Assembly (NCBI GenBank): GCA_038257155.1
Contig: JBBSJP010000015.1
Location: 31,542-95,541 of the forward strand
Source of the DNA: Lysobacterales bacterium
GTDB taxonomy: Bacteria > Pseudomonadota > Gammaproteobacteria > Xanthomonadales > Xanthomonadaceae
Direction of reading: 5' to 3'
Length of the DNA stretch: 64,000 nucleotides
Below, piece after piece: positions 46,529-55,904 of this stretch. Below the pieces are notes generated by a model, which was not told the DNA's origin, ran no database searches, and saw nothing but the letters and a program-made list of their open reading frames with translations. A program made the position numbers and the translations under genes. How positions within the stretch are numbered: position 1 is the first letter of the stretch; each line of letters opens with the position of its first letter.

Positions 46529-47134
46529 GTGCGCGTTTGGCCATGCCTTGCGACCAGCCTGCTCGCTGCCGCGCTGGTACTCGGCAGTGGATGCCAGGAA
46601 GTCCAGGCGCCGATCACCCTGGTCTCCGGCACGGCGCTGAGCACGCCGCGCGAGATTCCGGACTTCACGCTCGACGCCGGTGCGCCACAGCCGCTGACCC
46701 GCGCCGCGTTCGTCGGTCACTGGACCCTGCTGTCGATCGGCTTTACCCATTGCCCGGATGTGTGTCCGCAGACGCTGTCGCAACTCGCGGCCGTGCTTGC
46801 CCGGCTGGACGGCGCCGGTCCGTCCCTGCAAACGGTCTTCGTCAGCGTCGATCCGCAGCGCGACGCGAGCCCGCAGTTGGGCGAGTACGTTGCCTATTTC
46901 AATCCCCGTTTTATCGCCGCCACCGGCGCCAAAGCGGAGCTGGACCGGCTCTGCGAGAGCCTCGGTTTCGCCTACGTGCAGGTGCCAGATCGCGATGGCC
47001 GTTACAGCGTCGACCACTCCACCGCGGTGGCATTGATCGACCCGCAGGCGCGCGTCGCCGGTTATTTCACCCAGCCCTTGCAGATTCAGGCGATGGTTGA
47101 CGATCTGCGCGCGTTGCCGCGCGCCGCGCGGTGA
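46529..47134 (+). CDS. SCO1/SenC-family copper chaperone lipoprotein
   Basis: GTG start. Lipobox LAAALVLGSGC. Thioredoxin-like CxxxC (FTHCPDVCP). Conserved His (DHSTAVALIDPQ). Confidence 0.8.
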   Translation: MRVWPCLATSLLAAALVLGSGCQEVQAPITLVSGTALSTPREIPDFTLDAGAPQPLTRAAFVGHWTLLSIGFTHCPDVCPQTLSQLAAVLARLDGAGPSLQTVFVSVDPQRDASPQLGEYVAYFNPRFIAATGAKAELDRLCESLGFAYVQVPDRDGRYSVDHSTAVALIDPQARVAGYFTQPLQIQAMVDDLRALPRAAR

Positions 47135-47196
47135 CCGTCCGCGCTTCTGCTTGGGAGGCACTGATCAGAGTTGCTCTAAAGCATGAGCTTCACTGA

Positions 47197-48900
47197 TCAG
47201 AAGCGCGATGCAGTGAGCGCAACGTCGGAATCGCCCCATGCCTGCGCGAAGCGTCGCTCCACGTCCGCCGCTTCGGCTTCGCGACCCTGCGCTTGCAAGG
47301 CCAGCGCCAGACCTTTGAGCGACCAGCCATTCTCAGGATTGCGTCGCAGTTCGGCGAGGTATTCGCGTTCTGCGTCACTGGCCTGTTTGGCATCGAGCAA
47401 CACCGCGCCGAGGATCTGTCGAACCGGCTGATGCCAGCCCGGCGGTTCGTCATAGGGAATCGCCTCCTCGAGCACCACTGCCTCGCGCAGCATGCTGATC
47501 GATGCCTCGAAGTCGTTCTGCGCGGCGGCAAGCTCGGCCGCCACGACGCGTTCTGCCACGCCGACGGCAAGGCTCAAGGGGTAGCGATCAAAGGCCATCA
47601 TCGACTTCAGCGCAGGGTCACTGGACAAGGTGATCAGGCTCTCGTGATGGCTGCTGGCTTCATCCGGGCGCCCCGTACGCAGTGCCGCTATGGCCTGCGC
47701 GTAGTGCCACATCGCATTCATCAGTGGCAGGTCTGCGGCCGGTTGCGGCGTACCGGCGACCTCCTGCCAGCGGCCGAATCGCACGCGGGCAAACATCGGT
47801 GTCATGGCGAAGTTCTGCATCGCCTCAAGCCCGGGGGCTCGCATCAGTTCCGGATTGCTGGTGCGCTCGGCGGTTGCCTCGGCAGCTGCCAGCGCGGTGG
47901 CGCTGTCGCCGATCATGCTGGACGCGAACCACAGGAAGTGGTGGTTGTGTGGCACATAGCCGAGCGGATAGACGCCGGGAGCAGGCCGGCAGGCGGCGAG
48001 GTAGGCATCGTCGGCCTTGATCGCATCGCGATTCACTGCCGCGGCATCGCGCCAGCGACCGACGCGCGCATAGATATGCGCCGGCATGTGCACCAGGTGA
48101 CCGGAGCCGGGAAACAGGCCGCGCAAGGTATCGGCCGCGGCGACGCCGCGCTCGGGCTCGGCCGAGGCTTCGACCGCGTGCACGTAGAGATGCAGGGCCC
48201 CGGCATGCTTTGGCGCGCTGCGCATCACCGATTCCAGGATCGCGACGATCTGCGCGGTCTCGCCCTTGGGCGATCCGTCCGCGTTCCAGAAGTCCCAGGG
48301 CTGCAGATTCATCAGCGACTCGGCGTGCAGGGTCGCCGCGTCGACGTCTTCCGGGAAACGCCGCGACATATCGCCCATCGCCGCGGCATAGGCCTGGTCG
48401 AGTGGTTTGCGGTCGGTTGGCGGATCGGCGGCATAGCGCGTCGCCAGCGCGGCGATATAGGCCTGTTCGCGCTCGCTGGCCTTGGGCGCCAGGGCCTGCG
48501 CCTTCTGCACGCGTTCGAGCGCGGCGCCATTGCGCGCCGGATCCATCGCCGCGTTGACATGCGGGCCGAGCACCAGGGCCGCGCCCCACCAGCACATCGC
48601 GCAGTCCGGATCGAGTTCCGCCGCCTTCAGGAAGGAGCGCTCCGCCGCGTCGTGGTTGAAGCCGTAAGTCAGCATCAGGCCCTGATCGAACCAGCGCTGG
48701 GCCTGCGCCTGGCTGGTGCTGATCGGCATGCGGTAATCGCCCAGCCCATCCAGCAGGGTGGCGCCGGGTGGCGCCAGGTCCGGCAGCGCGGCAGGTGCTG
48801 GTTTGGCGACGGTATTCTCGGGCGGCTTGGCCCGGTCGCAGGATGTGCTCGCCAGGACAGCGGCAGCGAGCAGGATCGACACGGTGGCGATGCGGTTCAT
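47197..48900 (-). CDS. Secreted TPR-repeat lipoprotein
   Basis: Start MNRIATVSILLAAAVLASTSC (lipobox). ~567 aa of TPR-like helical repeats. Confidence 0.7.
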   Translation of the reverse strand: MNRIATVSILLAAAVLASTSCDRAKPPENTVAKPAPAALPDLAPPGATLLDGLGDYRMPISTSQAQAQRWFDQGLMLTYGFNHDAAERSFLKAAELDPDCAMCWWGAALVLGPHVNAAMDPARNGAALERVQKAQALAPKASEREQAYIAALATRYAADPPTDRKPLDQAYAAAMGDMSRRFPEDVDAATLHAESLMNLQPWDFWNADGSPKGETAQIVAILESVMRSAPKHAGALHLYVHAVEASAEPERGVAAADTLRGLFPGSGHLVHMPAHIYARVGRWRDAAAVNRDAIKADDAYLAACRPAPGVYPLGYVPHNHHFLWFASSMIGDSATALAAAEATAERTSNPELMRAPGLEAMQNFAMTPMFARVRFGRWQEVAGTPQPAADLPLMNAMWHYAQAIAALRTGRPDEASSHHESLITLSSDPALKSMMAFDRYPLSLAVGVAERVVAAELAAAQNDFEASISMLREAVVLEEAIPYDEPPGWHQPVRQILGAVLLDAKQASDAEREYLAELRRNPENGWSLKGLALALQAQGREAEAADVERRFAQAWGDSDVALTASRF

Positions 48901-49048
48901 TGCGCTCTCCTTCGGCCTGGATGTGGCTTCCTGATACGCCCGGAAACGGCGCCTGTCAACCGCGCGGCGGGCGGTTCGACCCGCGTCGCGGGCGAGACGC
49001 AGCGAGGCACGCGACTGTTGGCCGGCGCGTGTCGTTTCCGAGCCCGGA

Positions 49049-49984
49049 TCAGGCTTCCCGCAGTCGCGGATCCAGCGCCGCGCGCAGCGCATCAATCAGC
49101 GCATTGATCAGCACGATGGCAATGCCGATCGCCAGCACCACGCCCAGCACCAGGGTGTAATCACGATTCAGTGCACCCTGCACGAAACTGCGGCCGATGC
49201 CGGGAATGCCGAAGATCTGCTCGACCACGGCCGAGCCGGTGACAACATTGATCAGGGCCGGCGACAGCCAGGCGACGATCGGCAGCAGGGCTGGCTTCAG
49301 CGCATGCGCCAGCAGAACGCGTGCCGCCGAAAGCCCGCGTGCCCGCGCGGCGCGGATGTAATCCTGCCCCAGCACGTCCAGCAGGCTGGCGCGGGTAAGC
49401 CTCGCGCAGGCCGCAAGATTCGGCAGCGACAAGGCGATCACCGGCAGAACGAATTCGCGCCAGCCGCCCCAACCGCCTGCGGGCAGCCAGCCCAGTGCCA
49501 GCGCGAACAACAGGATCAGCAGCGGCGCCGCAACGAACTTCGGCACCGCCAAGCCAAGCCCAGCCAGCAGCATCAGGCCGCGATCCCACAGCCGGCCTTC
49601 GTGCAGCGCAGCCCACACGCCCAGCGGAATGCCGATCAGCAGCGACAGCAGCAGTGCGAGGCCGCCAAGCACTGCGGATACCTTCAGGCCTGACCAGACC
49701 AGCTCCGACACGCGATAGTCGGGATACTGGAACGATGGCCCCAGGTCGCCGTGCGCCACATCGGCGAGATAGCCAAAGTACTGCGCAGCGAGTGGCTGAT
49801 CCAGGCGGTAATGCGTTTCCAGCGAGGCGATGACTTCCGGCGGCGCCGCCTTCTCACTGTCGAAGGGACCGCCCGGTGCGGCGCGCAGCAGGAAGAAACA
49901 CAAGGTGACCAGCAGCAGCACGGTGACAAAGGCTTCCAGCACGCGTGCCGCGAAACGGCGAGCCGGCGATGCCAGCGCATTCAT
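49049..49984 (-). CDS. ABC transporter permease (OppB/DppB-type)
   Basis: Start MNALASPARRFAARVLEAFVTVLLLV. BPD_transp_1 core (EAA-like IRAARARGLSAARVLLAHALKPALLPI). 311 aa. Confidence 0.8.
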   Translation of the reverse strand: MNALASPARRFAARVLEAFVTVLLLVTLCFFLLRAAPGGPFDSEKAAPPEVIASLETHYRLDQPLAAQYFGYLADVAHGDLGPSFQYPDYRVSELVWSGLKVSAVLGGLALLLSLLIGIPLGVWAALHEGRLWDRGLMLLAGLGLAVPKFVAAPLLILLFALALGWLPAGGWGGWREFVLPVIALSLPNLAACARLTRASLLDVLGQDYIRAARARGLSAARVLLAHALKPALLPIVAWLSPALINVVTGSAVVEQIFGIPGIGRSFVQGALNRDYTLVLGVVLAIGIAIVLINALIDALRAALDPRLREA

Positions 49985-51609
49985 GGCGCCTCCCCGGTTT
50001 TCCAGCGCAGCCAGCGGCTGGGATGGCGATCGAGCAGGTTGGGCTCGAAGCCCTCCAGGCGTGGATCCACCAGATGCTTCGAGGTATAGATGTAGAGCGG
50101 CAGGATGGCGTGCGCCGCAAGCAGGCGCGCCTCGGCCTGTTGCAGCAGCGCATCGCGCTGCGCGGCGTCGGACTCGGCGGTCGCCTGCTGCAACAAGGCA
50201 TCGAAGTGTGGGTCGCGCAGCCCGCTCCAGTTCTGCGGGCTGCGGCTGTCGAACAGCGACAAGAAATTCATCGGGTCGTCGTAGTCGGCGATCCAGCCGC
50301 CGCGGAACACTTCGGTCACCACGCGTTGCGCGCGGTTTTGCACGAACACCTTCCACTCTTCATTGCGCAGGCGGGTTTGCACGCCCAGGGTCTGGCGCCA
50401 CATCGCCGCAACCGCCAGCGCCATGCGGCGGTGCGATGTCGAGGTGTTGTAGCGCAGCTCCAGCTGCAGAGGCCGCCCCGTTCCATGCCCGGCCTCGGCA
50501 TAGCGCCGTCGCGCCAGGGCTTCGCGTTCGGCCTGGCTCCAGTCGGCCCAGGGCAGGCGCGCCGGTTGATAGTCGCCGATGCCGGGTGGTACCAGCGCAT
50601 AGGCCGCAGTTTCGCCCATGCCGGTGACGTGCTGCACCAGGATTGCGCGGTCCACCGCCAGCGAGAGTGCTTCGCGCAGCGCCGCGGCCTTGCTGTCGCA
50701 CGGCAAGGCGTTTGACGGAGTTGCTGAAAAAGGGCAGCGGCCTTCACCCGCCAGCGGACCGCGCTGCAGATTGAAGCCGAAGTAGAAGCTGCCGGTGTAG
50801 GGCGACAGGCGCAACGCATCGCCGAAGCGCTCGCGCAGCGAGGCGAGACGCCCGGGCGGCACGGCCTCGCTGATGTGCAGGTCGCGGGCCATGAAGCGCT
50901 TGAGCTCGCTCGATGGATCTTCGGTAACGTGGAAGCGCACCGCGCTAATCGCGGGTGCCTCGCGAAAATGCGGATTGATCTGCAGGGTGAGGTGCGCCTG
51001 CAGGGTCCAGTCGCGCAGCATGTAGGCGCCATTGCTGACAAGATTGCCAGGCCGCGTGTGCTGGCCGCCGTGCTCGGCCAGGCCCGGCAGGTACACCGGC
51101 ATGGCCGGCGGCAGGCGCAGCAGTGACAGCAGCGGGGCAGGGCGAATCAGTTCGATCTCGATGGTGCGCTCATCAAGCGCGCGCACGGCCAGGCTTTCAG
51201 GCAGGGCTTCGCCGCGTCGAATCGCCGCTGCGCCAGCAATGGGCTCAAACCAGGCCGCCCCGGGTGAGGCGGTGGAAGGCGTCAGCGCACGCTGAAAACT
51301 GGCCACGATCTGCCCGGCATCCAGCGGCTCGCCATTCGACCAGCGCAGGTTCTCGCGCAGGGTAAAACGCCAGCGCAGGCCGTCGGCCGAGCTCTGCCAG
51401 GACTCCGCCATGCCCGGAATCGCCCGCCCCTGCGCATCATCCGCCACCAGCCCTTCGTACAAATCGCGCAGGATATTGCTGCACGCCACTTCGCTGCAGC
51501 GGTGTGCATCGAGAGTCGACGGATCAGGGCCGTTGCCACGCTGCAGGATGGTTTCGGCGTCGGCAGTAGCGCCGCCAACCGCCAGCAGCGCAGCCAGCAC
51601 GCTTGGCAT
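49981..51609 (-). CDS. ABC transporter substrate-binding protein, family 5 (oligopeptide/dipeptide-like)
   Basis: Start MPSVLAALLAVGGATADA (signal peptide). ~543 aa typical SBP_bac_5 length. 4-nt overlap with the permease. Confidence 0.8.
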   Translation of the reverse strand: MPSVLAALLAVGGATADAETILQRGNGPDPSTLDAHRCSEVACSNILRDLYEGLVADDAQGRAIPGMAESWQSSADGLRWRFTLRENLRWSNGEPLDAGQIVASFQRALTPSTASPGAAWFEPIAGAAAIRRGEALPESLAVRALDERTIEIELIRPAPLLSLLRLPPAMPVYLPGLAEHGGQHTRPGNLVSNGAYMLRDWTLQAHLTLQINPHFREAPAISAVRFHVTEDPSSELKRFMARDLHISEAVPPGRLASLRERFGDALRLSPYTGSFYFGFNLQRGPLAGEGRCPFSATPSNALPCDSKAAALREALSLAVDRAILVQHVTGMGETAAYALVPPGIGDYQPARLPWADWSQAEREALARRRYAEAGHGTGRPLQLELRYNTSTSHRRMALAVAAMWRQTLGVQTRLRNEEWKVFVQNRAQRVVTEVFRGGWIADYDDPMNFLSLFDSRSPQNWSGLRDPHFDALLQQATAESDAAQRDALLQQAEARLLAAHAILPLYIYTSKHLVDPRLEGFEPNLLDRHPSRWLRWKTGEAP

Positions 51610-51927
51610 GGCGAGGGAGCGGGTCACGCCCTCATCGTAGTGCGGCGGTCGGCGATTGGCGAGCCGTGGAGATGCGTCGCGTACGCGTCGAGCCTGGTCA
51701 CTCCCTGCTGGAGTGCACCCTTGGTGCGACCACAGCGATGCAACGCCCCAACGCCACCACTCCCAAATAATGCCGTTTATCACACCCGGTGATTGAGTGC
51801 GGTTCGCGCGGTTGGATGGCTGATCGATACTGGCCCTGGATTCCGAGTGATTGGATGGGGGCAGGCCTTTCTGGCCTGGCTTCAGGGTCGGATTTGGCTC
51901 GCCACCAGCGCCAGGAGCACGCGACGC

Positions 51928-52893
51928 ATGAACGAAAGCACGCACGATGGACAGGTTGTCGAGGCCGGGCGCACGCTTGCACAGGCGGTGATCCAGGATC
52001 GAATGGAGGTGCTCAAGCGGGGGGCCTCACCCGGCGTAACAATGGCGGCACCTGGCGGGGCAGTCACGCTGGAAGCTCGGTCCGTCGGACCCGCAGGCCG
52101 CATCGCCATGGCCGCGGCTCGTCCCCGCGGATACCTGATTGCGGAAGGCGACAGCTGGTTCGACTACCCGCGGTCCGACGTGCTGGATGTACTGGAAGAC
52201 GACCACGGTTATCGCGTGGAACGTTTGGCACACGGCGGGGACACAGTTGAAGACATGGCATTCAACGAGTCGCAGATCGGCGCACTGGCAAAGCGCTTCG
52301 AGCGACTTCTTCAGGACCGCAGGCCGGTCGATGCGGTACTTCTGTCGGGCGGCGGCAACGACATCGCCGGCAACGAGTTCAGCATGTTGTTGGAGCACGC
52401 CAGTTCGGGCAAGGCAGCCATCAACGCGGTAATCGCCGAGCAGGTGATCTATGGGCGCATCCGGGACGCCTTCCTTCGGATCATCGGTACTGTGAACGCG
52501 ATCTCCGAAGCCTACCTGGATCGTCATGTGCCCATCATCCTCCACGGCTATGGCTATCCCGTGGCCGACGGTCGCGGGTTCCTGGGAGGCGCCTGGTTTC
52601 TGCCCGGTCCATGGCTTGGCCCAGGCTTCGAACGCAAGGGGATTAGCGATTCGATTGTCCGCCGCCAGGTTATGCGAAGCCTGATGGACGACTTCAACGC
52701 AATGCTCTCTGCTCTGACGAGCGTGCCCGATCTCGATGGCGTGGTGAGTTACGTCGACCTTCGCGATCTGCTGTCCGACGACCTGGCGAACTATCGTGAC
52801 GATTGGGCGAACGAATTGCACCCGACGCAGTCAGGTTTTCGTCGAGTGGCGGCAAGCATCGCAGCCGAAGTTGAACGACGCACCGAAAGCTGA
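51928..52893 (+). CDS. SGNH/GDSL-family hydrolase without signal peptide
   Basis: ATG 51928. GDSx block LIAEGDSWFDYP, GGGND block (VLLSGGGNDIAGNEF), C-terminal DxxH-like block (WANELHPT). 321 aa. Confidence 0.7.
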   Translation: MNESTHDGQVVEAGRTLAQAVIQDRMEVLKRGASPGVTMAAPGGAVTLEARSVGPAGRIAMAAARPRGYLIAEGDSWFDYPRSDVLDVLEDDHGYRVERLAHGGDTVEDMAFNESQIGALAKRFERLLQDRRPVDAVLLSGGGNDIAGNEFSMLLEHASSGKAAINAVIAEQVIYGRIRDAFLRIIGTVNAISEAYLDRHVPIILHGYGYPVADGRGFLGGAWFLPGPWLGPGFERKGISDSIVRRQVMRSLMDDFNAMLSALTSVPDLDGVVSYVDLRDLLSDDLANYRDDWANELHPTQSGFRRVAASIAAEVERRTES

Positions 52894-52969
52894 TCGCCGC
52901 TGCGTCCTGACGAAAGCCTTGCAGTTCTTTCGTCCAGTTCCATCACCCAGACGCTGACTGGACACTGCG

Positions 52970-55318
52970 ATGAAGAAGCGAGCCACTCCGAAAGACAAGC
53001 CCGCAAAACCGGTCGTTGCGAAATCGACCGCTGGCAAGGTTTCTGGCAAGGCAGCACCGGCCAAGAAGACAGCGGGAAGGATTGCGCCCAAGCCGTTCAG
53101 CGGCGTCAAGGGCTTGCAGAAGCAGGCGATAGTCGAGGCGTTGGCGAGCCAATTGCTCAAAGCCTCCAAAGCCATAGTCCAGACCTTGGCGGTCGCGGGT
53201 CGAAAGAGCGACGTGCGTTCGTTGGTGGTCGGGCCGCTCGACATGGCGAGGTTTGGCAAGGACGCGCGACTGGTCCTGAACCTGGATTACCGAATCCTGC
53301 CGTCGGGCAAAGTGAGCCTTGAGGATTCCGAGTCTCTGCGTCCGTCGGTACAGGTGCTTGAGGGAGACGATTGGAGCGACCTTCCCGCCCAGGTGACGTC
53401 ATATCTTGCTGACACTGCGGCCTCGTCTCCGGTGTTCGCGATGTCCGATGTCGATTCTGGCGTTGAGGCCGAGTCCGACGATACCCGCGAATCCATGCCC
53501 TTGCCCGCGGTGGCAAAGCTTTGTACCCGTATCGGTACCAGTGCGCCGGCCACGATCGAGCAACTGGTAACCTCCGATGTGGCGGTGGCCGCGTCGATGG
53601 ATCCGCGCCTTCAGCTGGTGATGCTCAATCGTCGCAGCGGCAAGCACTCCGCCGCGACGTCCTCGACCGGCGAGGGCGAAGTTGCTGTGATCGCGAAAGT
53701 CACGGATGCAGATGCTTGGATCGAAACGGATGATGTATTCACGGGTGCCGATCTTGGCCCGGCACCCGACGGCGCACACATAGTGACCGCACGGATTCCG
53801 ATCCGGCGGATCGCGGAGATTCGGCGCCTGCCCTTCGTCCAGAGTTTGAAAGCCTCGTATCCCGTTCGCGGGCAGCTGAGAGCGACCCTCAGCGCCATGG
53901 ACGCGTCGTCGCGGGCACTCGGGCCGCGCGATCCTGACGGCGGCGCTGGGGTTGTCATCGGGATAGTGGACTTCGGCGGTGATTTCGCGCACCGCAACTT
54001 CCGTCATGTCGATGGTACAACGCGGCTGCTGGCCTTGTGGGATCAGAGCGGTGAGTCCAACGCCGACAGCCCCTTCGGCTACGGTCGCGTCTTCTGGCCA
54101 GACCAGATCGACGCGGCACTGTCCACGCCACATCCTCACTCGGCCTTGGGATATCGCCCGGAAGCCCTGGCGCATGGCACGCACGTGATGGACATTGCGG
54201 GCGGCAACGGAGAGGGAACGGGATTGCCAGGCCTTGCGCCAAAGGCTGACCTCATCTTCGTGGAAGCGGCTGCGTCCGATGTGGAATGGGAGGGACCGGA
54301 TGGTGTCGGCCAACACTTCGGCGATTCGGTGCAGATACTGGAAGCGGTACGCTGGATCTTCGATCAGGCGGGTGACCGGCCCTGCGTGGTCAACCTCAGC
54401 CTGGGCACGAACGGTGGCCCGCACGACGGAACCTCCCTGGTAGAAATCGGGCTGGACGCGATGTTGGGCGAGGCACCCAATCGAGCCATCGTGGTCTCTG
54501 CGGGCAACGCCCAGGAGGACGGCGTGCATGCGATGGACACGATTCCTGCCGAGGGTCAGTACGACCTGCACTGGCGAGTCGATCTGCCAGGCGAATGCGA
54601 ACTCGAGCTGTGGTACCCGGGCGCGGAGCGATTGACTGCCAGCCTGATCGCCCCGAATGGACAGGAGTTGCTGCAGGTCGCGCCGGGCGATTCCCGATCC
54701 TTGACCACGCCGGGTGGCAAACCGGCGGTTTTCGCTGCCAACCGTTTGCATGATCCCAACAACGGCGACAACCTCATCGGGATCTGGCTCTCCGGAGGTT
54801 TGCCTGCGGGGCAATGGACACTCAGGCTGACGTCTTCTTCAACGCGGACTGTCGCGTTCCATGCATGGATCGAGCGCAATGACGAGGCGCAGGCGAGCTT
54901 CGTCAATCCAACGGTCTCGCACCTGCTGGGCTCGATTTCGACTGGCCGGAACACCCTCGTGGTTGGATCTTTCGATGCGCACAAGAAGGCCTTGCCGATC
55001 TCGCGTTTTTCCGGCTCAGGGCCCACCCGCGATGGGCGAGAGAAGCCGGAGCTCTCCGCGCCCGGCCACAATGTGTCGGCAGCCCGCTCGCGAACCCGTA
55101 CTGGCCTCACCCGAATGTCAGGCACCAGCATGGCAGCGCCGGCCGTTTCCGGACTGGCAGCTCTGGTGCTTGCGAAAGCCGCGCGAGTGGGACAATCGCT
55201 CTCGGCGGCTGAGCTTGGAAGGCAGGTGCTCGCCAACCTCGCGAAGCACCCGCAGGTGGCTGCCAACGCCTGGCACCCACAGTTTGGTGCCGGCCTTGCC
55301 TCCGGCGACGCCGTCTGA
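52970..55318 (+). CDS. S8 subtilisin-family serine peptidase with Lys/Ala/Pro-rich N-terminal tail; no signal peptide
   Basis: Catalytic triad regions VVIGIVDFGGD (Asp), ALAHGTHVMDIAGG (His), SGTSMAAPAVSGLAALV (Ser). N-terminus MKKRATPKDKPAKPVVAKSTAGKVSGKAAPAKKTAGRIAPKP. Confidence 0.85.
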   Translation: MKKRATPKDKPAKPVVAKSTAGKVSGKAAPAKKTAGRIAPKPFSGVKGLQKQAIVEALASQLLKASKAIVQTLAVAGRKSDVRSLVVGPLDMARFGKDARLVLNLDYRILPSGKVSLEDSESLRPSVQVLEGDDWSDLPAQVTSYLADTAASSPVFAMSDVDSGVEAESDDTRESMPLPAVAKLCTRIGTSAPATIEQLVTSDVAVAASMDPRLQLVMLNRRSGKHSAATSSTGEGEVAVIAKVTDADAWIETDDVFTGADLGPAPDGAHIVTARIPIRRIAEIRRLPFVQSLKASYPVRGQLRATLSAMDASSRALGPRDPDGGAGVVIGIVDFGGDFAHRNFRHVDGTTRLLALWDQSGESNADSPFGYGRVFWPDQIDAALSTPHPHSALGYRPEALAHGTHVMDIAGGNGEGTGLPGLAPKADLIFVEAAASDVEWEGPDGVGQHFGDSVQILEAVRWIFDQAGDRPCVVNLSLGTNGGPHDGTSLVEIGLDAMLGEAPNRAIVVSAGNAQEDGVHAMDTIPAEGQYDLHWRVDLPGECELELWYPGAERLTASLIAPNGQELLQVAPGDSRSLTTPGGKPAVFAANRLHDPNNGDNLIGIWLSGGLPAGQWTLRLTSSSTRTVAFHAWIERNDEAQASFVNPTVSHLLGSISTGRNTLVVGSFDAHKKALPISRFSGSGPTRDGREKPELSAPGHNVSAARSRTRTGLTRMSGTSMAAPAVSGLAALVLAKAARVGQSLSAAELGRQVLANLAKHPQVAANAWHPQFGAGLASGDAV

Positions 55319-55392
55319 GACTGAATCCTTGCTGGCCGCGGAAATTGCACCTGCGTTCGGGGGCGCGTAACGTGGTGCCTGAGGTGACCTGC

Positions 55393-55653
55393 ATGCCCAT
55401 TGATCTTGCCCAACTGATCCTGAGTGATAGTGATACGGAGTCCTCGCCGAGGCTTGGCAGCGGGCGTTTTCATGCCGTGCTGCGACTCCATCACGGCGAG
55501 TCCGTGCCCGAATATGTGCACGTTCGCAGCAAGATTGCCGAAGAATTGTTAACCATCGATTTTTCCGCAGAGGATCTGGATCGCATCACGAATGATCCAC
55601 GGGTGATTTCGGTCGCCCTGGCCAAGCCACTGCAGGCGTTCTCCGAAGGCTGA
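55393..55653 (+). CDS. Small protein resembling a subtilisin propeptide / I9 inhibitor, encoded separately
   Basis: ATG 55393. 86 aa ending ...EELLTIDFSAEDLDRITNDPRVISVALAKPLQ, an I9-like beta-alpha-beta pattern. 74 bp downstream of the S8 gene. Confidence 0.45.
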   Translation: MPIDLAQLILSDSDTESSPRLGSGRFHAVLRLHHGESVPEYVHVRSKIAEELLTIDFSAEDLDRITNDPRVISVALAKPLQAFSEG

Positions 55654-55904
55654 GATTGCTGTTTCACTTCCCGATCCAGGCGGAGGGCATTTCCAGGCGG
55701 TGCCCCGGGTAACCGCTTGCCAGCGGCTCGGCGGAAATCAAACCGAGGCACGCAGACGCCGACCAGACCTGATGCGGCAACTGCTCCTGATGTTCGCGCT
55801 GGGCCTGAGTCGGGCGTTCGCGGGTTCTGGCTCGCGAAGCGATAAACGGAGAAGATGGACGGAGACAGGGCATCCGCCATGTCGATCTTGTTGTGCTGAT
55901 CGAA

